Positions 38,040 to 49,998 are shown, counted from the first letter of the whole stretch. The stretch is 56,265 nt of DNA, filler included, from Sphacelaria rigidula (GCA_964200075.2; 7 parts of 7 records of this genome joined end to end with filler, not necessarily neighbours in it), one strand, 5' to 3'. Program-made: numbers and translations. Notes: generated from the sequence alone by a model not told the origin.

Positions 38040-40075
38040 TGGCGACCTAAAACCTCCGTACGCTATCCTTTACGGGAATGAACGGAGGTGGCCGTGCTGA
38101 GATGGTTGTGCGAGAGTGCCAAGCGGTGGGTTGTGACTTCATCGGACTGCAGGAGACAAGAAGAGCGGGCCGAATCGAGTTCGTAATTGCGGCGGGATAT
38201 CGATTAGTTTGCTGCGAGGCGGAAGGAGGCAAGGGAAGGACTGGAAAAAATTGGTTCGGGTTGGCGGTCAAGGAGTCGGTCATCTAAAAGGCGACGTGGA
38301 CTTGAGCACTCGTCGGCGAACGCCTCGTGTCGATGACTTGTAACCTCGCAGGCCATTTAAATGCTGTTACGCCAGTCGCCCCGGTGGCTCAATTGGTGAC
38401 CTTGAAACCTTCTGACGGTTCGGTCGTGGGTTCGAATCTCGGAGCGATCTTCTATTTTTATCACAAAATGCGCAACAGTGGAGAGCGACTATGTCGTGGG
38501 TACACAAAATTCGACTTAATGGTCGACGAGGGAAAGGGACTGCTGAGCACCTCTCGCGATGAAAAATAAAAGGCAAGCACCGCAGAAGGAAGGTGGAGAA
38601 CTAGAACAAACAAAACAGAAAACAGAAAACAGTCCTGTGTTGGCCTTCCTCCTGTGTGACCCGGGCTGGTGCGCCCACATATTCCGAATGGTGTAGACCG
38701 GCGTCTAGAATATATGGGACGACAACACACTTTTGTAGTTGCGTATGCCCCTACAGACACGTCAAAGTCAAATAACCTGGACAAGGATGGACATCGTTAT
38801 GAACCGAGTCCCCAGCAAACACCATCTGCGTTATCGCTAGGACTGGGGTACGAACAGGTGAGGAGGAATGTACAACAGAGGGGGCATACGGCCGGGGTTC
38901 CCGAACTATCGACAGTAACAACACCTCTATACTACAACTTGTATTTGACAACGGGCTTGCCCTGGTCAACACGTTTTTTACCAAAATCTACCGACGCTAG
39001 CGCTTTCGAGTTCTATCGAAGATTAGTCGCGTGAACAAAAAATTGGTGAACAAAAAATAGTTCAGGTGCCCAATGCTATTCATCCTCACATGGCGAGATC
39101 ACCTCTGGCTTGTTTGCGATGTCACCGTCCACCTTCAATCACCCAACTCGCCGGACTCTGACCACAATATCCGATGAGCTTCAGAGCGATTCGTTGGTCG
39201 CTTCGTACACAACAGACCTAGGCGAATCCCAAATGGGCATACACCGACCTACAGGCGGGCAAACATGGATTCTGACCACGGTAGACGTGAGCAACTCGCC
39301 CCCCTCATCATCCGCGAGCTCAAACAGGGAAGAGCTGGCGATACAGTCGGTAGACTGGCTTCGAACTTTGCCAACGTACGGTTATACTGAGTGCCGCTGA
39401 AAAGGTGGTACCCCGTCCGACCCAAAAGCCACGTATATCGAGGAGGTCCAAGCATGATGCCATTTGAAGAGAGTTCGAACAGGCCTAGAATGAAAGGGCC
39501 AGGGCGAAGTTGACGGTGCGACTGGGACTATCTCGAGATGAACCCTCATTGCGCATATTGCGAGCAGCGTGCAGGAAACTGAAAAAAGGGATCCACGCTG
39601 AGGTGGGCAGGGATCTGGATGTGTATGGTAGAGAGTTGAAGGGGTATATTCGAGTTGGGGACGACAAGTAAAGATCCAGCAGTACATCTGGGACGAGGAC
39701 GGGAACATACCGCTAATCTGTGAGGCATGGGACGGTACTTCTCTACTTTACTGAACGGTATAGCGGCAACCATCGACGGAGCCGTCATCTAGCACATTGC
39801 TCAACGACCGATAGCTTCTTCACTCGGAGACCCGCCAAGCACATTACCCATCACAAGCTTTCGGTACAAATGGCTGGATTCCACAGGAATGATCGAGCGG
39901 CGGACAAGACTCTTTCGTACAGAGCTGTGCTCGAGATGATCAACTGTAAACGTGTCGAGGCGACCACGCGCAAGCCTCAACTCCGGCTCGCGGGAGCCCT
40001 TCCCCGACAAGACGAAATACGTCCTCCAAAACGCATCATGCTGGGACAGTTAGCCACACAAGGGACAAGGACGCT
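38040..40075 (+). mobile_element. RTE-clade LINE remnant: APE endonuclease, linker and C-terminal region, with the RT core deleted
   Basis: AT*NLRTL, DFIGLQETRRAG, GLAVK, TFVVAYAPT, GLALVNTFF, DSDHN (APE motifs); QYIWDEDG..GRYFSTLLN; then LSYRAVL..VEATTRK.QLRLAG..R.PKRIMLG (RTE C-terminus); many stops and frameshifts. Confidence 0.9.
38371..38730 (+). mobile_element. Full-length tRNA-derived SINE (360 bp) inserted in the LINE endonuclease
   Basis: A box TGGCTCAATTGG, B box GGTTCGAATC, core, A-rich linker, tail ending GGGACGACAACACAC; removing it restores NAVT|FVVAYAPT. Confidence 0.92.
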
Positions 40076-40163
40076 GGCCGCCCCCCCGCCCAAAACCCTG
40101 GTCCGGCGAGAACCCGACGTGCTCCATCCCGGCTTTGTAGGGGCGGACCCCCGATGGGGTTGG

Positions 40164-40263
40164 NNNNNNNNNNNNNNNNNNNNNNNNNNNNNNNNNNNNN
40201 NNNNNNNTTAATTAATTAANNNNNNNNNNNNNNNNNNNNNNNNNNNNNNNNNNNNNNNNNNNN
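40164..40263. other. Artificial contig spacer
   Basis: Same 100-bp linker. Confidence 0.98.
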
Positions 40264-42410
40264 CAGTGCTCGCCGAAAAGCGTTGACACCGCGCCCAACA
40301 ACCTCCCGAAGCTTATCAACGCCGCTCGCCGACATCCCCTTGTCCGCAGCCGCCTGTACTGGATGATCCAATGCAACACGACGCTCTGCCGGCTCCTGCT
40401 CTGGAGTCATGTTCATCTCAGGACCTCGCGACATCAATCGCTCAACGCAGGGATCCACAGGCTCCTCTTGTCCACCTGGATCCTGTAACGCCTCAGTCGC
40501 AATGCTCACACGCCTACATTCTCGGAATTCAGGCGTATCTACACCTCTTACCATGTGTGTCTTGAGCGTGCGCCTGCGTCCAGCCCACTGTAAACGTCAA
40601 TGCTCATAGCCGCCAGCGTACCGCTCCCGAGGATCACCACATCATCGGCACCTGGCATGACCGCATAATGACACGGATCCAGCACCACCGGCCCCCAGCT
40701 GGTGGTGGGCAGAGCGGTGGGCACTAGGCATGTCTTCGACTGCATACTCCGTACATTACCATCAGCTAGTTTCACCGGGTGTGCACGAGCCGTGCTCGTG
40801 ACAACTGGCACATCAGGGAACACTGCTTGCAGCTGGGTCGCCACTTTTTCAGACACGATAGTGATGCCAGCCCCCGAATCCAAAACTACAATGACAGGGC
40901 AAACGTTCTTGACTGCGGAACCAGGAACGGACAAGTCTGCCCGGCAGCATCGCTGCTTGAAGTCAACTACCATACCCTCAACCTGTGAATCTGCAACCTT
41001 AACGGTGTGCAGACCCGCCATACCGGCATTGTCTGAGACGTCCACTCCTGAGCCGGTCCCGTCGGCAGTTGGGTTTGAGCTGCAGGAGCCGGAGCGGAAG
41101 GCTGGGGTGGCACCATGCTATCCGCACTACTAGCACCCCCTTGCGTTCCATCCCCTGGGAAAACAGCCCGTGTGGGAGCAGGACCTTTACTGCCCCCCCG
41201 CTGACCATGGACCTGTTGCCGCTGCTGCTGCTGCTGCTGCTGCGGCGGCGACGACTTTGCTTGCCCACCTGACGCATTTACCGCGGCCCCAGGTGTGCTC
41301 TGTTTGTTACAGTCCTTCTTGTAGTGGTCCTTATCGCCACACTCGAAACAACCTGCGTAGCTCGGACCAGGTTTGTGGGGCTTTTTTCAGCTCTTACCGC
41401 CACTACACGCTACGGCGGCCGCAGCCGCTGCGCCGGCATACGATGTCAGTTTTTTCGAGCCTTGTGAGCCGCTTTTTTGCCTAAGTTGCGGTTGTTGGCA
41501 GCGGTTTTTGTTAACCTCCTCAATAGTCTTCCATTTTTTCGCCAAGTCATGAGCTACATCATAAACCACTCTCGGGCTCGCTTTCCAGTCCCTTTTCATA
41601 TAAAGTATAATTTGTACTTTATTCTTGGACTCAGGTGGGGTCAGGCCGGCGACCATAGCTCTGGTAATGACGTGTGCTGGACCAGCCTTGAACGTACTTT
41701 GACATTCAAGGAAAAAGCACTCCGCACCTGCATTTTCCGCGAAGTACTCCTGTATCGAACTCCATTGCCCTTCTACTCGACCCATTGCAGTTGGTTCAGA
41801 CCGTGCGAAAAGGGCCTTTTTCACGCCTGCTGCAGCTTCGGAAGGATCAAGTTCCATATAGATCCAGTATTTCGCGTGGCGTGCAACCCCTTGCTGCAAT
41901 TCATCTTCGTCGAGTGGTAACCCGTGAAAGATGGTGTCAGACACGCAGTTCTGGATGTGCTTTAACACCAACTAACTCTTGCATGGTCAAAAGTGCGCAC
42001 TTAATCGACCGGCCTTCGTTACTCTTCCCCACTGCCTCCTTACATTCTCGATACCTGTAGACTCTAGCCATGTAGAGTAGTTCACCTCCAGTACACGTAC
42101 GTGCAGGTTGATCTACAAGTAGAACAGTCTGCTGTAGGCGTTTTCTATTGGTTGACGGACTTGCGAGTCTGATCGGCAGACAATGTGGATTTGAACATCA
42201 CATGCTTCAAGCATGTGGTTACTTACGACAATAAAGGCTGTGTGTTTATGAATAACAACTGTCTTGAACGCTCGAGGCTCTAGTAGGGGAGGAAGCCCTT
42301 GGAGCAAGCAATCTTGTGACCTTGTTCTGAGTCCAGGAGGGCTCTATAGCCACCATTGTAACTTAAGGTAAAGGGCATTCTAAGTGGAGTTGCGGGTCTG
42401 ATTGCCGGAT
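40264..42410 (-). mobile_element. Ty3/Gypsy LTR retrotransposon, 5' part (LTR end, gag, protease, start of pol), frameshifted
   Basis: gag-like ORF 41387-41971; zinc knuckle CFECGDKDHYKKDC (41309-41350); aspartic protease VVLDSGAG (40548-41045); LREVV..NAFRRAL pre-RT motif at the contig edge. Confidence 0.9.
42071..42348 (+). mobile_element. Solo LTR (278 bp) with 4-bp TSD GCCA
   Basis: Termini TGTAGAG ... CTCTATA (one mismatch from CTCTACA); GCCA at 42067-42070 and 42349-42352; internal AATAAA at about 42230. Confidence 0.8.
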
Positions 42411-42649
42411 TTTGTGATAGGTGACCTCTATAATGAGTAGACTCGGTTTTGCTATTCTGGTGAATAGAGGCTATGGTCCTGTTCTCCTGTACTATGCTGA
42501 GGGTTAATATATCAATAACTAAAGCTGCTGAAGTCCATGTGCCCGTGATGGGAGGAATTCACGTGGCGATCTGATCTTGAGTGACAAAAGTTGAAAAAAA
42601 ACGCTCATTGAGTCCGTTGAGGCGGTAGGTCCGCTCGAAAGCAGCTGAG

Positions 42650-42760
42650 TCCGGCAATCAGACCCGTAACTCTACCGACACAATGTCCCCGACCTTCGGT
42701 AACAATGGTGGCTGGAGTCTACGGCACCCCCAAAGCTCTCTACTACCAACAAGTAGTTAC
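42650..42760 (+). mobile_element. Gypsy LTR 3' end plus PBS-like/gag start (second junction)
   Basis: CCGGCAATCAGACCCGTAACTC...GGTAACA-ATGGTGGCTGGAGTCTAC; MVAGVY then frameshifted PPKLST. Confidence 0.7.
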
Positions 42761-43766
42761 ATCAGAGCTTGACAAACTCAGATATCATTTCTGCCTGATA
42801 GTACCGTCGTTTTCCGCAAAGAATAGCAGTCTCTTCCGCTGCTTTCGACAACAGCTCTATACAAGCTGGCCCCACTTCCGAACAACTCGCAAGAGCTCCC
42901 AAGAAAATACCGTCCATCATGAACATACAATCACGCTACTTGCACCATTTCGAGTTACAAGGCAATAGCTAGCGCCAAATTCTCAAATCTTCGCCCAAAA
43001 CGGTCTCTTGACTCTTCATCGGCGCAAAACCGGAAATGTCAGTGAACGTCAAATTCCAGAGCATTCATGACTCATCGTCCCTCTCATCCGAGACAAGGTA
43101 CTTCTCAACATACAAAATGCACTCTATGTACGTTCAGCACCTGCGCGACGGAGTGCAACCAACAGCCAAATGATACATCCTCCTCACGCCAGAAGGAAAT
43201 ATGCCCCCAACACGTCTAAAACGCACCTGGCCTCTTGCTTCGGCAACACCGTAAACAACGTATGCATCGCATGCCTCCCCGCCGTCAAAGCTTCAATGCT
43301 TCAGTTTGCCATCATTTCATGAAGACAGTCAGAGGAAAGCCATGACTCAAACCGCTATTCAAGTCATGCATACTAACCCAACGATGGCGAACGGACCTCG
43401 ACCTCCGCCATCATTGATGACCCCTCGTGATCTCGTTCTCGAACTCTTGTTTCCGAGGAAATCTCAGATATTTATATATCTCGTTCGGATCTTGGACCGT
43501 CATATCCCATCCGTGCATCAGCCAAAATGTAGAAGTAATGAATTCCTCGACACTCTTGCCGTCCACCTGCACCAGACCTTTGAAAAAATGGACGCATCAT
43601 CCACATGCTTCTTCTGACAAAAACGAAAAGCCAATCACGTGCTCGTTCAGATACGTGACACTTCAGACAAAAATGTGCCGCGGTCAAACATCATTGATGC
43701 ATGCATGCGCATGATGTTTTTATCTTTAACCACCGGAAGCACTCGCGTCATACCTGCTCACATACG

Positions 43767-45735
43767 ACGAGCCTACGCATTTCGTACCTTTCAGCTCATG
43801 TTCACGCTAACAGCAACAATCCATATATCTTGCAGTCAGTACGTGCAAACCGCACGAATATGATTAGACTGTGTTCTGCGCGAACAAGATTATACGAGCT
43901 TCTCTTCATATAGCATACAGCAGTATATTGAAAACTGCCCCACTCCAGTAGGTTGTCACGAGATACCATCCATATCATTACCACTCGAGCAGGAATTCGC
44001 ACATGCCTGCCGAAATTCCACTCTGCATATGAAAACCCGCACATGCATGTCAATATTTCACTCAGCACATGCAATGCCACCTTTCTCGCAGCAAACACCA
44101 TGCATGCATCGTCCGTGCAAAAAACCACATCAGCACAACACACACATGCCAAATATCCACGTGTAAGCCAGAGTTTTACCCTGCACACGCCATATGAATA
44201 TACTCGCTCAACAACCATGTTTCATGCGCGAACATGACCACATATCACACAATCACAAGCTGAAATCATTCTCAAAAGGATTCACGAATACCAGTCATAA
44301 TGTGTGTCCTCATTCTCGACAAGCACTCAATCACCACAGCACTTGCTCCTGAACATCAGTACCAACTCGGGGCTCACCACAACAGCAACCACCTCAGGTA
44401 ATGCCTTCTTTGTAGTTCTCCAGCCCGCTCCTGAGAAACAGCAGTGCTCGAACCACAATCCCGTGCACAGCGTGGAGCAGCGTTCCCTCTCGGACACTCC
44501 CTCCTTGCGCCATGAGTCCAGCTACACCTGGCACCCCCATAGTGTAGCTCAACACGCCGCTCGAAGGTATATTCGCACCGCCAAACCAATGCAACAGATT
44601 ATCTGCCCCGATCATCTGCCCCAACAGATACTTGGGCAGTACTGAAGACCTGCGCTTCATTCAGTTTCACAGAGGAAACGAGAGGCAAAACGGGAACAAC
44701 TACACAATCCCGAACAGCAACACGTCCTGATGGCACACTATCCTCCTCAAACACCCCGCGGCGAAACAGTGGAGATACCTCCGCCATCGCCGCCAAATAC
44801 GCCAAACCTGTCCATGTAAACAGCAGTGCACACGACCACCCCAACCCCACGCGACGCTCATCGTCGCCGTCAGATTTGTGATCGCTAACAGCATCGCTAG
44901 CTTGCAGCTCGCTCTGCGTACCCGCTTCACGCGGATCACACACCCCTATTATTTCGACCATGCAAGGCGTGTCCACAGCTACGCGCTGGTCTGGCGGCAA
45001 TTCCGCCAACCCAGCATCCCCCTGTCCTTCAAGCAGACACCCCTGCGAATCATCTGAACGATCTTTCGCCATGTCACTGGCGCAGATAGACTCACCCTGA
45101 GAATCTCAAGCCCCAAGCTTGCTCTGCTCACTCACATCACGAAGATAACACCCCCTTGCAGCGGTGAGCATGCAAGGTGTGTCTCCAATCACGCTCTTGT
45201 CCGGCGGCCACAAGCAACCTGGACCTTTGCCGCTCAGCGCTAGCTCATCGGAGCAAATGGCTTTGCGCTTCCAACAGCAGCGGCGGCAGCGGCTGGTTCC
45301 AGTAACCCCGCTTCAACCACCACCCCCTGCTCAGCGGACTCCTGAACGGCAACAGCGGCAGCTGAGCTACCTGCAGTCCGCTCGAGCTGCGTGACATGTT
45401 CGCCCTCTCCGACAGCAATACCAGCAGCATCCAAATCAATGCTTACCGTGTTACTGTCGGCCGGCGCGCTCTCATGCCTACCCGTTTTGACAGACGCGTG
45501 CTGCGTCTCCTTCCCGCTCTGCACAGTGGAAACAGCTGCCCTGTATCGTAGTTTAAGACGCGCCCTACCGACTGCACGTTCAGCGCGTGAACTATCGTGC
45601 CCATCCCCTCGGGCAGACACATGTTTCTCGGCTTTCACAGGGCAAGCAGTTGCCCTGTATCGTTGTTTCAAATACGCAGCGACTACTGCACGCTCGGCGG
45701 GTGCACTGTCGTGCCTGTCCCCTCGGGCAAACATA
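43767..45735 (-). repeat. Left arm of long inverted repeat (non-autonomous Gypsy-derived internal sequence)
   Basis: Diverged reverse complement of about 46215-48096. Confidence 0.9.
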
Positions 45736-45751
45736 TGTTTCTCGGCTGTCA

Positions 45752-46215
45752 CAATCAGACCCGCAACTCCACTTACAATGTCCCTGACCTTAGGTAACAA
45801 TGGCCGCTAGAGTCTACAATCCGCTAAAGCAGCTGACACTTCAAGATAGAGAAGTCTGCAGGTATGATCAGGTCGCAGCAAACAATACCACCTCAAGGCG
45901 TGTTCAGGTCGCGAGGGGTTAGAGGAGTAGAGCCGAGGAGTTTCTGAGGCAGTGCTAGGGCTGGCTGTGGTATCGCTTGTGCGTGAGGTGCGGGCGGTCG
46001 GTCGATAGCTGGCGAGCCCAAGATCGTTCCAGAAAAGCGGCGAAATTACTACCTGGTGGAGCCAGCGAGATTCGCTTGTTCAACGCTTGGCCAGGTACGG
46101 GCACACTTTTGGATGGTGCGAATGATGTTGGGCAAAGGAAATTCTTTTTTGCGCTGCGCAAGCATGCATCTTATGCATCGCCGAGTGTGGTGCAAGATAT
46201 TGTGAAGGTCGGCGG
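45752..46215 (+). mobile_element. Gypsy LTR 3' end plus PBS-like/decayed gag start (third junction)
   Basis: CAATCAGACCCGCAACTCC...GGTAACA-ATGGCCGCTAGAGTCTAC; MAARVYNPLKQL. Confidence 0.7.
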
Positions 46216-48096
46216 CGGAGGAGACAGGCACGACATCTTGACGGGCAAGAAGGCGACACAACATAGACCTGTCCGAGTGGGCAGGCACGAGAGTGCTAGA
46301 GGCGTTGACGCTATTGCCGTCAATGAGCAAACCGGACAGGAGGTGGCGCCTGTAGCAAGTATGGGTGATACTGCTGCTGCTGCTGGCGATGTTGAGAGGG
46401 CGGGGCCTATATTGGCCAATGAGCGAGAAGTGGTGGGCGGAGGTCCCAGTTGCTTGTTGCCGCCGGACCAGCGCGTAGCTGGAGATACTCCTTGCATGCT
46501 CGAAGCTGCAGATGGGTGTTACTCGCGTATGACGAGCGAGCAGGGTGAGCTTGGAGCTTGCCGTGCTAATGGTGAATCTATCTGCGCCAGTGACGGGGCG
46601 GGAGATCGTTCAGATGATTCGTGTCTGCTTGAAGGACAGGTGGATGCCGGGTTTGCGGAATTGCTGCTGGATCAGAGCGTAGCTGGAGATACTTACTCCT
46701 TGCATGCTCGAAGCTGCAGGGGGATGTTATCCGCGTATGACAAGCGAGCAGGGTGAGCTTGGAGCTTGCCGTGCTCATGGTGAATCTATCTACGCCAGTG
46801 ACATGGCGGGAGATCGGTAAGATGATTCGCAGGGGTGTCTGCTTGAAGGACAGGTAGATGCCAGGTTTGCGGAATTGCCGCCGGGCCAGCGCGTAGCTAT
46901 TGACACGCCTTGTATGATCGAAACAACAGAGGCGTGTGACCCGCGCGAAGCGGGTACGCAGCGCGAGCTGCAAGCTCGTGATGCTGTCAGTGATCACAAA
47001 TCTGACGGCGACGACGAGCGTCGCGTGGTGTTGGGGTGGTCGTGGCACTGCTGTATGCATGGACAGGTTTGGCGTGTTTCGCGGCGTTGATTGCGGTGTC
47101 TTTGCCGCTGTACGGTCAGGTGCTGGAGGAGGATAGCGTGATGCCATCGGGAGGTGTTGCTGTGCGGGACTGTATGGATGTTCCCGTTTCGCCTCGTGTT
47201 TCCTCGGTAAAAGCGACTGAAGAACGAGCGTTGGTGGATGTGCAAGCATCTGTGGGGGCGGAAGATCTGTTGCATTGGTTTGGCGGTGCGAATATACCTT
47301 TGAGAGGCGTGTCGAGCTACACCATGGGGTTGTCAGGTGTAGCTAGACTGAGGGCGCAAGGAGGGAGTGTCCGAGAGGGAACGCTGCTCCACGCTGTGCA
47401 CGGGGTTGTGGTTCGAGCGCTACTGTTTTTCAGGAGCGGGCTGGAGGACTACAAAGAAGGCATTACCTGAGGTGGTTGCTGTTGTGGTGAGCGCCGAGTT
47501 GAGTGATGATGTTCAGAAGCAAGTGCTGTGGTGATTGAGTGCTTGTCGAGAATGAGGAAACACATTATGACTGGTATTCGTGAATCCTTTTGAGAATGAT
47601 TGCAGCTTCTTATCGTGTGGTTTGTGGTCATGCTTGCGCATGAAACATGGTTGTTGAGCGAGTATGATCGTATGGCGTGTGCAGGGTAAAACTCTGGCGT
47701 ACACGTGGATATTTGGCATGTGTGTATTGTGCTGATGTGGTTTTTTGCACGGACGATGCATGCATGGTGTTTGCTGCGAGAAAGGTGGCATTGCACGTAC
47801 TGAGTGAAATATTGACATGCATGTGCGGATTTTCATATGCTGACTGGAATTTCGGCAGGCATGTGCGAATTTTCGATCAAATGGTACAGATATGAACGGT
47901 ATTTGGTGACGGCGTAGGGTAAGGCAGTTTTCAAAATACTGCTGTATGCTAAATGAAGAGAAGCTCGTATAATCTTGTTCGCGCAGAACACAGTCTAATC
48001 ATATTCGTGCGGTTTGCACGTACTGACTGCAAGATATATGGATTGCTGCTGTTAGCGTGAAAATAAACATGGAACTACGAAATTGCGTAGGCTCGT
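46215..48096 (+). repeat. Right arm of long inverted repeat, containing internal tandem units of about 200 bp
   Basis: Units start near 46458, 46665 and 46877 (GCCGCCGGACCAGCGCGTAGCTGGAGATAC). Confidence 0.9.
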
Positions 48097-48214
48097 ACCT
48101 ACTATAGGAGACGGTGACATCTGCTGTTAGCATGATAATGAGCTGACAGTGATGCTACGGTAGGGATACAGAAATAATTTCTGAGGTTAGAATTGTTAGG
48201 AGCCCCTTATCTCA

Positions 48215-48314
48215 NNNNNNNNNNNNNNNNNNNNNNNNNNNNNNNNNNNNNNNNNNNNTTAATTAATTAANNNNNNNNNNNNNNNNNNNNNNNNNNNNNN
48301 NNNNNNNNNNNNNN
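48215..48314. other. Artificial contig spacer
   Basis: Same 100-bp linker. Confidence 0.98.
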
Positions 48315-48508
48315 ATCTGGCCATTTTTCGTACCTTTCTTGGGCAAAAAACGAGAAGGTATACGTTTTCTAGGCCATTGCTAAAAAATAAACTAGTGTAG
48401 ATGTTGACACTGTGCAATAGGAAAATAATGTGTGGTAGACCAGGCAGGCCTGGAAGCTGACCGTTTGCGAGTAATATGTACCAAAGACGGAGCTCGGGAT
48501 TGTCGAAC

Positions 48509-48858
48509 GGCAGGTGGTTCCCGGTGGCTCAGTCGGTAACCTCGAAACTTTGTGACGGTCGGGTCGTGGGTTCAAATCTCGGAGCGATCTGGGATTTTTT
48601 CTCACACCATGCCCGACAGTGGAGAGCGACTATGTCGTGGGTACACAAAATTCGATCCTAACGACCGACGAGGGAAAAGGACTCCTGTACCCCTCTCGCG
48701 ATAAAAAATAAAGGTAAGAACCGCAGAAGGAAGGTGGAATACTAAAAACAAACAAAAAGGAAAAAACTCCGATGTTGACCCTCCTCCTGTGTGACCCCGG
48801 CTGGTGCGCCCACATGTACCGAAAGGTGTAGACCGGCGTCTAGAATAGATGGGACGAC

Positions 48859-48890
<32 letters not shown>
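48509..48890 (+). mobile_element. Full-length tRNA-derived SINE with (CA)n tail
   Basis: TGGCTCAGTCGG A box, GGTTCAAATC B box, colinear with 38371-38730. Confidence 0.92.
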
Positions 48891-48891
<1 letters not shown>

Positions 48892-49238
48892 CCAGGAGCT
48901 ATGCGTGATTTGCTGCACCCACGATTGGAAGTTAAACTTTCCGAGCTACGCGGCGTATGTTTCAGCTTGTTTTTCCCGCCCACGACCTCAGCGTCGAAAT
49001 CAATTCTTGTCCATGAACATCCGTTACCCTTTTGGGAGCCTTTGTCCTCACAGCACACCACCTGGTAGTATCCTTTACCCTGTTTGAGGAGAGGGCGATG
49101 ATGAATCAACCACATAGGCAGAAAGTGAACCAAGCTCCTAGGGTCCTGGCCAGTTCCCTACCAATCAGTACAGACAGTAGTGTTGGCAACACATGTACAT
49201 AATCCACTCGATACACTCATATGCGCTCGAAAACACCG

Positions 49239-49592
49239 GTTGTGTGTGTTGTCATCCCATCTATTCTGGACGCCAGTCTACACCTTGCGGTATGTGTGAG
49301 CGCATCAGCCGGGGTCACACAGGAGGAAGCCCACGCAGGAGTTTCCCCCTTCTTTTTGCTCTTGTTTAGTACTCAACCTTCCTTCTGCGGTGCTTGCCTT
49401 GTTTTTTTATCGCGAGAGGAGTTCAGCAGCCCCTTTCCCTCGTCGGCCGTGGAGTCGAATGTTGTGTACACCCGACATAGTCTCTCTCCACTATTGGGTA
49501 TGCGGTGAGAAAATCCTACGTCATGTGACTGCACCGAGATTCGAACCCATGACCCAACATTCAGAGGGATTGTAGGTCATCAACTGAGCCGG
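49239..49592 (-). mobile_element. tRNA-derived SINE, near full length
   Basis: Reverse-complement match to the family from tRNA head to CA tail. Confidence 0.9.
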
Positions 49593-49941
49593 TAAACACT
49601 GCCCCTTGATAAATTGTCACAATTGGTGGGACTAGAATACACAAACTGCACAACATCTAGGCCAGTTCGGACGCAAAATAAATGCGGCAGAGGTAATAGC
49701 GGCGAAGAGGAACAATACAGCATGAGGCTAGAATCGTGTGTTGGATCTCTCGCGCGGTAGCGCTGCTAGCGGCAAACTAGTGCAGCACAGCTCTGTTAAT
49801 TCAACTCCATGCATTACAGCCACAAGGTTAGGTCTGGTGACCGAAGGTGACTGTCGGCTGCGTTTAATCAATTTCCGTGTACCAGGCAACCTTGTCTATA
49901 ACTTGATGTTCTTCGATACAGACTGGCCTGTGCCTTTACAG

Positions 49942-49998
49942 GAGCGTGAAGTCTCCGCGAAGTATTTTCAAGGGTGATGATGCACTAGTACCAGTGAC
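49942..49998 (+). CDS. Candidate internal exon of the Mog1-like gene
   Basis: TTTACAG acceptor and GTGAGA donor; phase 2/2, compatible with the next exon; SVKSPRSIFKGDDALVPV(T). Confidence 0.4.

Noticed and set aside
38630..38725. HDV-like ribozyme in the SINE tail (CCTCCT..CCGGCTGG..GGCG..ATGGGAC resemblance)
   Set aside because: There is no upstream P1 partner strand, P3 and J4/2 do not fit consistently across copies, and the position is 3' rather than 5'. A simple hairpin explains the pairing. An Infernal or RNArobo search would settle it.
45977..47470. Long ORFs (259, 223 and 144 aa) as host genes
   Set aside because: They lie in the Gypsy-derived repeat, and frames are not maintained between the two arms or between tandem units.
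7998..48270. Regular spacing (about 8.05 kb) of TTAATTAATTAA as a biological repeat
   Set aside because: It is an assembly linker between size-sorted contigs.
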